Below are positions 1-11,606 of a DNA stretch of 64,000 bases, piece by piece; position 1 is the stretch's first letter, and each line of letters opens with the position of its first letter. A program made the position numbers and the translations under genes. Source of the stretch: Cyanophora paradoxa CCMP329 (lineage: Eukaryota; Plantae; Glaucophyta); the NCBI GenBank assembly GCA_004431415.1, contig QPMI01000495.1, positions 1 to 64,000 of the forward strand, given 5' to 3'. Below the pieces are notes generated by a model that did not search any database, had not been told where the DNA came from, and saw only the letters and a list, made by a program, of their open reading frames with translations.

Positions 1-3000
1 ACGTCCGGCGGCGCCGGCCTTATCCACAGCGGGGTACCACAAAAAGACTTATCGCCGACGGAAAGAAGACCGACTTGCGAACTGGCCGACTTGGACAGCG
101 TGACAGACAATCCGACGGGTAGCAAGGGGGGTTTGAGCAGCTGCACAGCGGTTCAAGAACCGGGAAGAAATTCCAGTGGAAAACCTCCGCAAGTACCGTG
201 AAAAAACTCGAAGGGACCTCGAAAGTACAAAGCGGGGTAGAGGCAGCTAAGGTACCGAGTTACTTCCGGCACCGAAACCAGGATCGGCCACCAAAACAGC
301 GTCGGCCCGAAGTCTCGGAGGCCGTAGCTAGGCGCTCCGCTGCAGCAATGGAGTCATATCGATCAATACAGGTGTCGCTGATGCCAAGCGCGCGCCCCCG
401 AAGCGATTCAGGTGCAGTCCGAGCGAACTGCGTCGTCCCACTCGTTTGACGCACTCCAAACAGCAGCCAGGTCGCCGGAGAGTACAGGCAGTCCGAATGT
501 GGGCTAATGGCTGTCGAGCAGCGCAGGCAGGTGCTGTTTTTTCAAAGTTGCCGCTAACGGTCACATTGCACTGAGCCAATTCCGGCCGCAGGCAAGCGCT
601 CCTACTGGCTGAAACGCATCTAATGACACTGTACAGCAGGCCAGAGTGCGCGCCGCTGCCGCCGCTGCCGATTAGGTGTGGTGCTGTCGCCGCCGCCGCC
701 GCCCCACTGTTTTAACGAAGCGCAGATCATGCAGACCAGCTGACATGCAAGCCGTGTCGTCGGTAGAAGCAGATTCTGTCTTCTTGGCCGCCCGCCTTCA
801 TGGTCCGCCGCCCGCTTGCATGCTCTTGACCGTCCGACTGACGCATGGCCTGCACCGATTGCAGCGCGCACGGCTGGCGGCGGCTATAGCAGAGCTTTCT
901 GAGCGGTGCAGCAATGCCGCGGTCCGTTCGGTTTCCTTTTTCCGGTTGTCCGCTCTGTCTCCGCCTGCTGACTATGATCGTACGCAGCCAGACGGTGCTG
1001 TGCCAGTGCTGTTCTGATGATTTAGAAGCGGTTGTGCTGTTTCGGCGGAGCTGCTGCATCGACGAGCAGCCCGGCCGCCTCGATCCGCCGGCCGGCCGGC
1101 CGGCGCTTCCTCGAACCCTGCCGCTTCTAGCTGAGCTGCTTGCCTTGCTTAGCTGCTTGAGAGCGTGGCTTTCAGTATCACTGGAGTGCAACTACCGCAG
1201 CCAGGCCGCTCTAGATCTGCTGCCATTTGGCAGGTCGCGTCCTGCCTCAAAACACAGCTTTCTGTGTGGGCGCTGTTCGGCCTAGCGTAGGATTCTGTGA
1301 TCTGTTCGTGTTTTAGCGACGAACACACTCTCACATCCAGTCTCAGCTCGCAGCTTGGGGCTTGGTTTGTTCTTTTGGCATCATGATCAGGGCTCTTGCA
1401 TCCTGGCACGCGTACGTGTACTGCAGCAGGTCTGAGCACGCGTATGAGCATTTTATAGCTTGCCCGAGCCTTGGGGCACGCGGCGCCGCGCCCAGCAAGC
1501 CGAGGAAGCTGGTCCGCGGGGCCGGCACCCCGTCCACTGCGCACGCCGTCATTCAATGCCTGGTCCGTTGCGAGCCCTCCGAGGGCTTGCATTGAAGAGA
1601 GAACTCACTTTGACAGCGCGCGAATGCTCCGGGGATGAGCTCCGCGATGTTCCCTTGAAGCGCGACGCGCTGATCCAGTGACTCAGTGACATGAGGTGCG
1701 GGGTAAGCGAGTTCGGGACGTGGAAGCTGCAGGCGAGCTGTATATGGCCTTATTTAATGATATCATGCTTAGTTATAGCTGCCGCCACTGGGCCACACTT
1801 GCCAAGTTGCCAACTTCTTGACCTTCTTCCATTCCGGAATGACGGGTCAGTTTCTAGCAAGTCAGCCAGGCTGTTTTGAAATATTTTGAAGCGGTTTTTT
1901 GGCAAGTCTTCGGAGGCGGCGCGCGCGCTTCCGCCGGGTGCTTCTATGCAATATAGGGCGTAACTGATGTATTTTGGAGCTTTATAGGTCGCTGGGGCCG
2001 CGCGCGACCCTCGGCCTCCTGGCATTGGCACTGTCACGCCTGGGAGCCAGAACGGTTTTCAGAGCCAAACAAGGAAATGCGGTGCGTGCGCTTCAAAATA
2101 CATCGTAATTGCACTATACTATGATAATAAAACTGTAAAAGCCCTAAAAGTGCCTGTCGCCGCGCCCGGCCGCGCCTCCGCCGCGCCGCTCCGCGCCGCA
2201 CCGCGCCGCCCCACACCGCCGGGCGGCCGCCAGCGCCGCCCCACGCCGCCGGGCGGCCGCCCCGAGCCGCCCCGCGCGGCCCCGCGCAGTTCCGCGCCGC
2301 CCAGCGCCGCCGGGCGTAGCTCCGCGCCGCCCCACGCCGCCGGGCGGCCGCCAGCGCCGCCCCACGCCGCCGGGCGGCCGCCCTGCGCCGCCCCGCGCCG
2401 CCCCGCGCAGCTCCGCGCCGCCCCGCGCCGCCCCACGCCGCCGGGCGGCCGCCAGCGCCGCCCCACGCCGCCGGGCGGCCGCCCCGCGCCGCCCCGCGCC
2501 GCCGCGCCGCCCCACGCCGCCGGGCGGCCGCCCCGCCCGCCCCGGGCCGCCCCGCGCAGCTCCGCGCCGCCCCACGCCGCCGGGCGGCCGCCCCGCGCCG
2601 CCCCGCGCAGCTCCGCGCCGCCCCACGCCGCCGGGCGGCCGCCCCGCCCCGCCCCCGGCCGAGCCGCGCCGCCTGGGCGGCCGCCCCGCGCCGCCCCGCG
2701 CCGCCCCGCGCCGCTCCGCGCAGCTCCGCGCCGCCCCACGCCGCCGGGCGGCCGCCAGCGCCGCCCCACGCCGCCGGGCGGCCGCCCCGCGCCGCCCCGC
2801 GCAGCTCCGCGCCGCCCCACGCTGCCGGGCGGCCAGCGCCGCCCCACGCCGCCGGGCGGCCGCCCCGCGCCGCCCCACGCCGCCGGGCGGCCGCCCGCGC
2901 CGCCCCGCGCCGCCCCGCGCCGCCCCGCGCCTGCGCTGCCAAGGTGGCATCAGAGGTGGCATATACGACGCGGCGGGACAGGGCGAGGCGAGGCATCACG

Positions 3001-3942
3001 CCTCCAGCCCCCTGCAGTGCAAAGGACATCCAGGTTGTGCCATCTAGATCAGCGCGTGGAAAGCAAGCGATCGCGCCTCACTCGTGCCGGCGACCGGAAG
3101 ACGCGCCGCGCCGTGCCTCTTCTATCCGCCGGAAGTGTTCTTGTATGTCCTCTTGCATGACTGGTCATCCTATGGACAGCTGCTGCGGCGCGGGGGTTAG
3201 CGCGATGCGGGCGCGCGGCGGTGAGCATGAGGCGGGGCATGCGGCATCTGCGAACGAGCGAACTGACTTGTCGTTAAACGTTGATCACGTCCAGCCGCTG
3301 TGAACGAGACGAACGAGGGCGAGTGCGCCCCCGGTTCCGCGCGCTTCGCGCTCTTCTGCCAGGCTGGCGCGTTGCTCCGCTTGCTGCTAAAAGTACTAGT
3401 ACTAGTCTGCTGCTGCGACCGTCGGACATGCCGCAGTGCAGCCGCATGCGCATACGGCTGGCCAGCCGGCCTTCAGCTCTTCCGTCCGCCGCGCGCGCGG
3501 CCTTAAGCTTGTTGGCCTCCGCGCGCCAAGTCCAGTTTTTTTCGGGTTCGCGATCGCGTGGCGATCGAATGGCGATCAGCATACCGGGAAAAAAAGAAAA
3601 TTTTTATCCCGACAATCGATGATTCCATCCCGACAACCCCACGGAGTTTGACACGCTGATCACAATGATGCTAACCGCACGTCCTGCAAAAATCGCTGTG
3701 GTGCTATATAAATCGCCGAAGGATTCCTGCCTTCGCAGCGGCGATTTATTCCCGGGGTCCAACTTGGGGGTTAGACTTGGGATACGTAATTTGTTTTTGC
3801 ATTTTTTTCGACTCGGCGTTGACGTCAATTTGACGGTTCGACGGTTTTTGGCTCCTAGACTCGGCTCTTTCTGCAGCTGGTAAGTGCGCGCGGGTGGAAA
3901 TTCTTCACGGTTCTTGAACCGCTGTGCTGACCCCCCCTTGCA
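1..3942 (-). mobile_element. Helitron2/Helentron-like element, 5' part (duplicate of 13526-17469)
   Basis: Ends in GACCCCCCCTTGCA at 3929-3942, as in the copy ending at 17469. Confidence 0.5.
2158..2932. repeat. Extremely GC-rich minisatellite (core CGCCGCCCCACGCCGCCGGGCGGC)
   Basis: The 24-nt core is repeated many times, interleaved with CGCCCCG, CGCCAG and CGCAGCTCCG sub-units. The long R/G/A/P-rich ORFs here are by-products. Confidence 0.95.
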
Positions 3943-3958
3943 AATATTTCTTCTGGGC

Positions 3959-4626
3959 TTTTTTTTTTTGAGAGACTACGGTGGGGCGAACCCCCGTAGG
4001 TAGTGATATTAAAGACAACAAAGCAATCACAAATCAAAGATACAGTAAACTAGCACAAAATATATACAGAATCAAGAGGGATCACGAGAAAGGACACGAT
4101 CAGAAGAACGCAAAAGATAAGGAGAACGAGCACGAGGAGAAGGAGTAGAAGAGCTCAAGGGCGTCGATGCAGAAGTACTAGTCACACTAGAACGACGAGG
4201 AGCACGGGGACGCAGCAAATAAGGAGAACGAGCACGAGGAACTACAGTCGAAGACGAAGATCTAGACGAAGACGACAAGACAGAGCTAACAGCAGAACTA
4301 GAAGACGTAGTCGCAGGAGGCAAAGGCGGTAGAACAGTAGGAGAGGCGAAACGTAGGACACCACTAGAGGGGAAAGTCGAAGCTGGCGGAGTGTCTAAAC
4401 GGAATCGAGATTGTAGAGTTGGTAAAACAATGGACGGCTGAAGACTAATCTGAGGAACTGGGGACGACACGAGGAAAGGGGCAGAGCTCGGGTGCAGACT
4501 CGGAATCGGCAGTATAAGAGGAGGGGCGAAACGCAAGCCAGTAGTGACAGGGAAGGCAGACGATGGGGCTGAACCAGGCGGGAGAGGCAAATATAGCGAA
4601 GTAGAAGAGAGAGAAGGGTACACACG
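3959..4626 (-). mobile_element. 5'-truncated poly(A)-tailed non-LTR retroelement fragment (copy 1)
   Basis: On the minus strand: S/P-rich ORF end (4072-4623, ...RVLSRDPS*), AT-rich 3' UTR, stem-loop CTACGG-GGG-TTCG-CCC-CA-CCGTAG, then A11. The plus strand is strongly purine-skewed, unlike the flanks. No RT or endonuclease motifs remain. Confidence 0.6.
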
Positions 4627-4628
4627 AG

Positions 4629-7600
4629 GAAACGTGTATTTCAGGAAATTAAAAAAGTAATATATCGCCTGTCTGAAACTCAGTCTCTAGATCTGCCGGT
4701 GCACGCTTGCGCAATATATAATAATGCATATTTGGTTCAGGATTGTTACGTTTCGCGATAATTGACCGTACGCGTTGCGCATGCGCAGTTCTGGAGCCCC
4801 ACCTTTCCAGTCCGCAATTGATGATTCGCTGAGCGCGTATATTGAACCGCGTTGGTGCGAATATTCATGCTCGTGAAATTCGCAGCTCGGCTCCAGCTTC
4901 GGGCCCTCGATGCACTTCACGCGGGTCACTCCACTCTACGGGAACGCGCGCCTCACTGCGGCCCTGGACGGGATCCCCGGAGCGGCCTCCGACAGCTTGC
5001 CCCCGGAGGCGATTCCTCAGGCCACCACCGCTCCTCCTTTCTCTGATTTTCTTGGAACGGCATGCAACGCTCCCTCGACTAGATTGCAACTTTTGAAGAC
5101 ACTCGATCGCAATTCGGGCTCAATTGCAGAATTCGCAGATCGGGATCGGAATCCGCGGCGTCAATGAATACGTGGACACGCTCTCCGTTGCAGGCAACGG
5201 TAAGAGGCCGCTGCATAATATTTGCGCGAAGAATTCCAGCATTTATGACATGCAGGATTCGCGGTGTTGGTCGCGAACGACGCACGGGATTTCCCGGCCG
5301 TCTCTGCAAACGTGATTTCAGCGTTAACATTCCGGAGCGCATTCGAAATTGCGCACTGAAGCGACTCTTTAGCCCTGGGAGGTGCTGCGGTCGGCCGTGG
5401 ACGTCCGCCACCGGCGAGAACGTCCAGTTCGTCCCGAACAGCGAGATCCGCAACCGAGGCTCCGGGCGCGTCCTTTAATTTGCTTGAAGATGACTTCGCC
5501 TTCAGCTCTCGATCTGCGTGGCTCGCAGTTCGTGATTGAAACTGTGAGCAGGTCTTTATATATGGAGACCGTCCCGCAGGAACCTCTCTGAATTCCCGAA
5601 GCTACCCAAGCTGTCTCGACGATCACACCGCCCCGCCGCGCCGACGGGGCTGCCCTCCCCGCCACCTGTCAACTACACTCAGGTCTGACTGCAAGTTCAG
5701 TTTGCGGAGCAGTCAGTTTAATTGAATTTCCGTAATCGCAAATCCACGCTGTTTTGCCTTCGTTGCAGGGGTTCAATTTCATGGTGGGAGGCGGAGGAGT
5801 ACGTGAGCCGCATCCGGAAGCTGGCGGGCCTGCGACCGAGCGCGCCCAACGAGACCCTGCAACTCTCGTCGTCGGCCTCCGCGGCCCCGCAACAGTACCC
5901 GACGCGCTCTTATTCTTCGGTCGTCGAATTTCGCGCGGAAATTCGTCCTCGCGTTGAGCGCATGCGCTCGTGCGCGCGCGCGCGGTAGGTCTTCTCGGGA
6001 AGTCACGGCACTGCGCCTTTTTCTATCATCGTTTCCTGCGTCTGCGGGGGGCTAGCGCTGCTGCTCGGGCTTGCCGTAATTTTCGAGGTTGTATTTATAT
6101 GCATTGCTTCAATTTTCGCATGCGCGCCGACTTTAATACACGCGCGCATGCGCTAACTCTGATTCTTCAGGTTCTGCGATCGATGAGAAATTTCGAGAAG
6201 GAGCTGGACAAAAATGGCGTTCTTCAGCCTCGAACCGAACGGAGGCGCCCGAGGCCGCCGGCGCAGGCGGGGAGAGGAGGGCCGGGCGGGGCCCGGCTCG
6301 CCCTGGCTCGCGCCGACTGGCCGTGGGCGGGGCCGCGGCCGCTTCGGTCGGCCCTCTGCGGAGCTGGACGAGGTGGGCGCGGCGCTGGCAAAGGCGCGGC
6401 AGGCCGTCTCGGTGCTGGAGCGCGTCGCCACGCCCTGCGTCGTTACGACCGCGACGGTGATCATGAGCCTAGGCATCACGCCCCGCCGCGGGCCGCTAGC
6501 GATCGATCGCGAGAGCGCGTAACTATTAATCGCGTACTAGGTTTTGCGGCATTCATATTTCTGTTTACTTACGCGCGGCCCAGGCTCTGTGCTTGCACAT
6601 GAACCGCCCGCTTGGCCTCTTCTCTCCCGCGCGTAGCCGAGCTCGAGCGGGCTTCGATTTCGAAAACGGCCACCGAGCAGCATTAATAATTAGGCCGCCC
6701 GACCTCTGAGAATTCGAACGACGAAGCTATCGCAGACCCCGAGGTGGGATGGACGAGGGCGGGCTTCGAGCTCGGCGCTCCGCTCAGCGTCTTCTCCTTC
6801 GTCGCCCCGCAGGAGCAGCACCCGCCTTCAGCGCGTTTCTCGCAGGCCGGAGCCACAGCTGCCGGGGCAGCCGTCGCCGAGTTTTGGGCGCTCTCCAGGC
6901 ATCAGGCGCGCCTTTAACATATTGTTTCCTCTCTTTCCTTCTCCGGTCAGTGAGCTGGGCGCAATGAGCAGGGCCCTCAATCGAGCTTGGATCTGGTCCT
7001 TCCGCTTCCGGTGGAGGCGTCCTCTGGCCTGATGAACTACGAGGACAGGACGCTTCAGGTGCTGACATTTTTCGCTTCTTCGGGATCGCTGAAACTTGCG
7101 CTTAATTGTCGACCACTGAATATAAATTAATTAATATTGATCGCTCGTGCACGCAGATCCTCGTTTTTCGCGCGACAGTGCGGCTGAATTTTTAAATTTC
7201 GAAACTCACCCAATTAAAGACTCGGCATATCTCTGAATTTGAGATCGTCGACAGTCACGCAGCGGAAGGCTATGAGCGACGCGCTCTTTGTGAGTGAACG
7301 GAAGTTTCGGGTGCAGAGCCAGGACTGCAGCGGCTGGTGGACACGGTGCGGTTGCAGATCGAACATTAATTATACAAAGGCGCGATGGCGCTGAAGTGCG
7401 CGTGCGCAGCGAACGCGCCGATTTCTGCGTCGACACCCAGCTCCGAGTGACCGACTGGAACAGGTGCCGCTTGAGCTTGAAGCGCCGCATCCGTGGCTTA
7501 TGCGACTCGCTTCGTTTCCTGAATGTTGCTGCCAGAGCGGCGGCGCGGGTGACGGGCCTCGAGCCGAACGCCGTCCTGGGCGAGAGCGTTCTGGGCTGGT

Positions 7601-9373
7601 CGCGAACGAGACCGGAACAGCGCGAAACGCGTCCTGGAGCAGGTCTAATTGTTTCCGAGCGCAGCATAATTATAATTGACGAAATTCGCAGGCCCTCGCC
7701 GCGAGCTCGGGATCGGGGCCCGGAGGCGACGAGGAGCTCGAGGGCGCCGGCGGGCCCGTGGAGCTCGCGTTCTGCGGCCCGAGCGCCGCGCCTCGTGCAC
7801 CCGGAGCCCCGTGCAGGGCCCGGGCGGCCCAGGCGTAGGCCTGGGGCCCCCGCGCGGGCCGCGGAGGCGAGCGTGCTGCTGGGCCGTCGCGCGGCGGGAC
7901 GCGGCCGGCGCCGTTAACGTTGTCGGCGCCGTGGCCGTCGGGCAGGACCTGACGGAGAAGCGCGCCCGCATCGAAATGGAGGCCGTCAGCGAGGCGCGCG
8001 AAATTTCTTTGCAGAGCGGATCTGATCTATTTGAGAGCACTTTTCGCAGACGAAGAACCGCTTCCTGGCGTACACGGTCCATGAGCTTCGGACCCCCTCA
8101 ACGGTGAGACGCTTCATATCCGTTCAGATCCTTGAACCATTTTCGCATTTGGGATGAGATCGCGCAGGCGTCTCGGGATGGGCGAACTGCTGTCGGACAC
8201 GGACCTCACGGAGCACCAGCTCGAGATCGTGCACATGATGCGCGTCTCCGCCGATCAGGTGCCGTCTGCTCTTCGCGATACGAGTTCAACAGCGCTGTGC
8301 TGGTCGATGCAACTTGTGCTTAATTTGCACTCACATTCGGATTCAGATGCTGGTCATTGTGAACGAGTAAGTTTTAATTCGATTGGTTGCCCTGAGCGCC
8401 CTGTTCCGATCTCATTTCGCAGCTTACTCGACGTCCGCTCCCCGGCCTGGGGTTTCGCGCAAGGGGGGCGCAATATTAATTTTGTTGGCTTATTCGCAAT
8501 CTTTCGCAGCTACACAAGATTGAAGCGGACATATGACCCTTGAATCTGTGCCCTTCGATTTGCGACAGGTCATCGAGGAAACGGTAGAGGTCTGTAACTA
8601 AGAATTCGCATATGCATGCGCATGCATGCGCAGGGGCAGTGTGTCCAGTTAGGGTATTTAAATTATAAGTAATGTGTATCGTGAACGTTGCTGCAGGGAG
8701 TTGCCCCGGCGGCATTTGCGAAAGGCATCGAGGTCAGTCGACGTCGCGAAATCACTCGCAATATATATACTTCGGTCAATTGCAACTTGCAATTTCCGAT
8801 TGCGGTTGCGCGCGCAGGTCGCGTCTTTCGTGCCCTTCGAGTTCGACGGCGCCCCGTGCCCCTCCTTCGTTCTGGGCGACCCTGTCCGAGTCAAGCAGGT
8901 GCCTCCGCTGATTCGAAAATTCGGTGGAGGGCCGGGGCCAGAACCGCCCGCCAGATCGTGATGAACTTCGCGTACAACGGGATCAAGTTCACGAGCCGGG
9001 GCCACGTCCTCGTCTCCGTCGTCCCCCTCGAGCGCCTCGCCTCCGGCATCACCCTCCGCATCGAGGTCCGCAGATACTCGATCGCCTTCAACACGCGGCG
9101 ATCTTGATTGTTTTAATCTTGGGCCTGCAGACGACTGATACCGGCCTGGGAATGGACGAGTGCGACGTTTTAATTTTCAAAGATTATTTCGCGCATCGCA
9201 TTTCTTCGCGCACGCGGTAACGCCATGGCGCTGAATTTTTGCAGGAAGGGCGTCGAAAGAATTTTCCACGAGTGCATTCCTCGCCAAATATTAATTGATT
9301 ACTTAGCGCTTCGTCTGCTCTTTTGCCTGATAGGGAGTTTCGAAGCTACGTCCAGGCCGCCCTCGGATTATGA
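4629..9373 (+). pseudogene. Truncated duplicate of the hybrid histidine kinase (sensor-TM-PAS-PAS-HisKA-partial HATPase)
   Basis: Same exons as 18156-22898. At the junction the frame reads YVQAALGL* (TGA 9371-9373), so the G2 box and both receiver domains are lost. Many additional 1-bp deletions at 5200-7900. Confidence 0.75.
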
Positions 9374-10718
9374 GCCGAGCCCCGGAGACCGCGACGCGTT
9401 CGGAGTTGATTCCGCGGCCGATACGTACAGCGACACTTCTGACTTCGACGCTTCCGATGCTGGCGAAGGTGCGACTGCAATTGCAAATTATTCGACGGGC
9501 CGCGCACGTGCATATGGGTGACCGTCGGACCGTAATCGGGACCCGCGTGAGCAGGCCCCGGGGGCTGGCTCGCCCTCAACAGCGAAGAGGCGGACGCGGT
9601 CCTCGCCCGCGCAGCCTCCGCCGAGGCCGTCCCCCCGTCCCTCGGGCCGCTTGCCCTCTGGGAGGTGCGCACGTAAATCGTCTTGTTAATAATTACAATT
9701 CTGACTATAATCACTCACATTCACGTGGACAGGAGTACGAATGTGCCTGTGATGAGATCCGTGCCGATCGATATCGCGAGGTCGATAGTGCCCCCGAGTC
9801 TGCACCAGCGCGGCCTGATCATGATTTACATCGTGCGCCTTTCGCGCGCGACAGCCCTTTACCGTAACCCCTCCTTCCCCCGTCCCCCCCCCCCCCCTCC
9901 CCCCAACGCACCGTTATACATTAACGTTCCCCCCCCCCCCCCCTTTCCCCCTTCTCCCGTGTGCCCCATCCCTTTCTCAGCCTCCCCCCCCCCCCACCCC
10001 CCCCACCCTCCCCTCATCCCTTCCCTCCCCCCGCCCTCCCTCTTCCCCACCCCAACCACCCAACGTGAACCCCAACCCCCCAGCCCCCACGTTGCACCCA
10101 TCCCATCCGCCCTCTTTCCCCCCTCTTCCCCCCCTCTACCCGCCCAGCGCCCCCCCCCCCTCTCCCTCCGGATCCTCGCACGGCGTCACGGTCGCGAGGC
10201 GCGGCGCGCAGATCGCCGTGCATCTACATCTGAAGGCCGGCGAAGGAGCTCTACTGCGGGCGCCTTGGTATGATTTTGATGATATCGATTAATATTCATG
10301 ACCCGACCCCCTAAACTTTGAAATACGAAGATTCGAATTAGAGTGCTGGCGCAGGGATTTCTGGTGTTCAAGAGGCACGCGGCCTTCCTGCTGGCGCCCC
10401 CCGAGGCGTCGTCGGGCTCTGAATTCAAACCCTCGGCTGAGGGATCCGGCCGCGGTCGCGTCGCCCACCTCCACCTCCCGGGATCCCTCCTCCAGGTTCG
10501 CCATGCCGCGCCCGGCCCCTCGATAATTCGGGAAGGACCTCCTTCCCCTTCCCCGTTTATCGTCTTCGAATCCCCCCGGCCCCTTTCGCTCAATGTCTCG
10601 AGTTTCTCGGCAGATCGACGAGGCGGCGGCGCGGTGCGCCCTCGCCGGGGTCTGCCGCGCTCTCGGCATCCCCTTCGACACCACATCCATCGGCTGGCAC
10701 CTCGTTGTCCGCTCATAG
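9360..10718 (+). pseudogene. 3' exons of an unrelated hypothetical gene, cut by the duplication breakpoint
   Basis: Spliceable exons SDYEPSPGDRDAFGVDS.., GWLALNSEEADAVL..LWE, EYECACDEIR.., GFLVFKRHAAFLLAPPE and IDEAAARCALAGVCRALGIPFDTTSIGWHLVVRS* (TAG 10716-10718). No family recognised. Confidence 0.5.
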
Positions 10719-11606
10719 CGCCAGCCGTGCACTCGCGATCGGCACGTCGCCGGCGCCGCGGTCACTGCACATGTACATAGAGATTCTTTTCGAATCATTG
10801 AATTCTATTTTCGAATTCAGGCTATAAGTGCCTTCTTTCCCGGCCGAATGGCTTCCGGGATCCTTTTCTGGCAGGCATTGAATCGTAAATTCGACGGGTA
10901 TAGGTCACGTGTTTCGCAGCTGCGTTTCGATTCATTAAATTGCGGTTGTTTCGATTGCATGGTTTCAAATTCGAAGCCAGTGCATTATTATGTCTTTTAA
11001 ATTATTTAATACGGTAGGTATTATTGGCATTGTTTTGTAGCAGTTAGTGCTCTTTGAAACGAGCTCGAAATGCTACACGCCGCAAACCCAGTCAAGGTTC
11101 ACAGCGCCGCGGCGCGCTGAAAACTTTTGCAGCCGCCGAGCGGTCCCCCAGGGTTCCTCGAGCCTGGGGCTCCCCAGCCCCCTCCCCCCCCCCCCCCCCC
11201 CCCGGGCCCCGTTAAGCTCCCCCCCCCCCCCCTTTCCCCCTCTCCATCCCCCTCACCCTCCCCCCCCCCCTTCCCCACCTACCCCCCCTTTCCTTCCCGC
11301 GCGCGCACCTTTCGCAGCTCATGATCAAGAAGCTCAAGATCCAGCTAGAGCACTATCTATCGATATCCGCACTAGTACTGGCATAGAGTCCTTACAATTT
11401 TTGCAAGTGAATACGTATACTCGGGAAATTAAACTTGGGGGAGCTAGAACCAAATGCAAATGTAGGCTGGGGTCTGACGGTCTTTAGCTATACGTATACG
11501 CGCTATACGGGGGCCTCGCGATCGGAGTAGAGAGATGATTGGGGCCGGGGGGAAATCGAGCTAAAGGAGAATTCGGAACCGCATAGCTAGCTCGCGAGCG
11601 CCCCAG

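Larger units (their letters stand above)
1..9359. repeat. Tandem segmental duplication, copy 1 (continues left of the window); matches 13526-22898
   Basis: Position 1 (ACGTCCGGCGGCGCCGGCCTTATCC) recurs at 13526. The copies stay colinear, differing mostly by small indels, until GAAGCTACGT[C/T]CAGGCCG (9342-9359 vs 22881-22898), then diverge. Confidence 0.97.

Noticed and set aside
2034-3160. Long overlapping ORFs (240-336 aa), also at 15567-16557
   Set aside because: They are translations of a GC minisatellite lacking stop codons in most frames.
9860-11300. Poly-C tracts as functional G-quadruplex arrays or Pro-rich proteins
   Set aside because: Low-complexity intronic or intergenic sequence prone to sequencing error; no supporting evidence.
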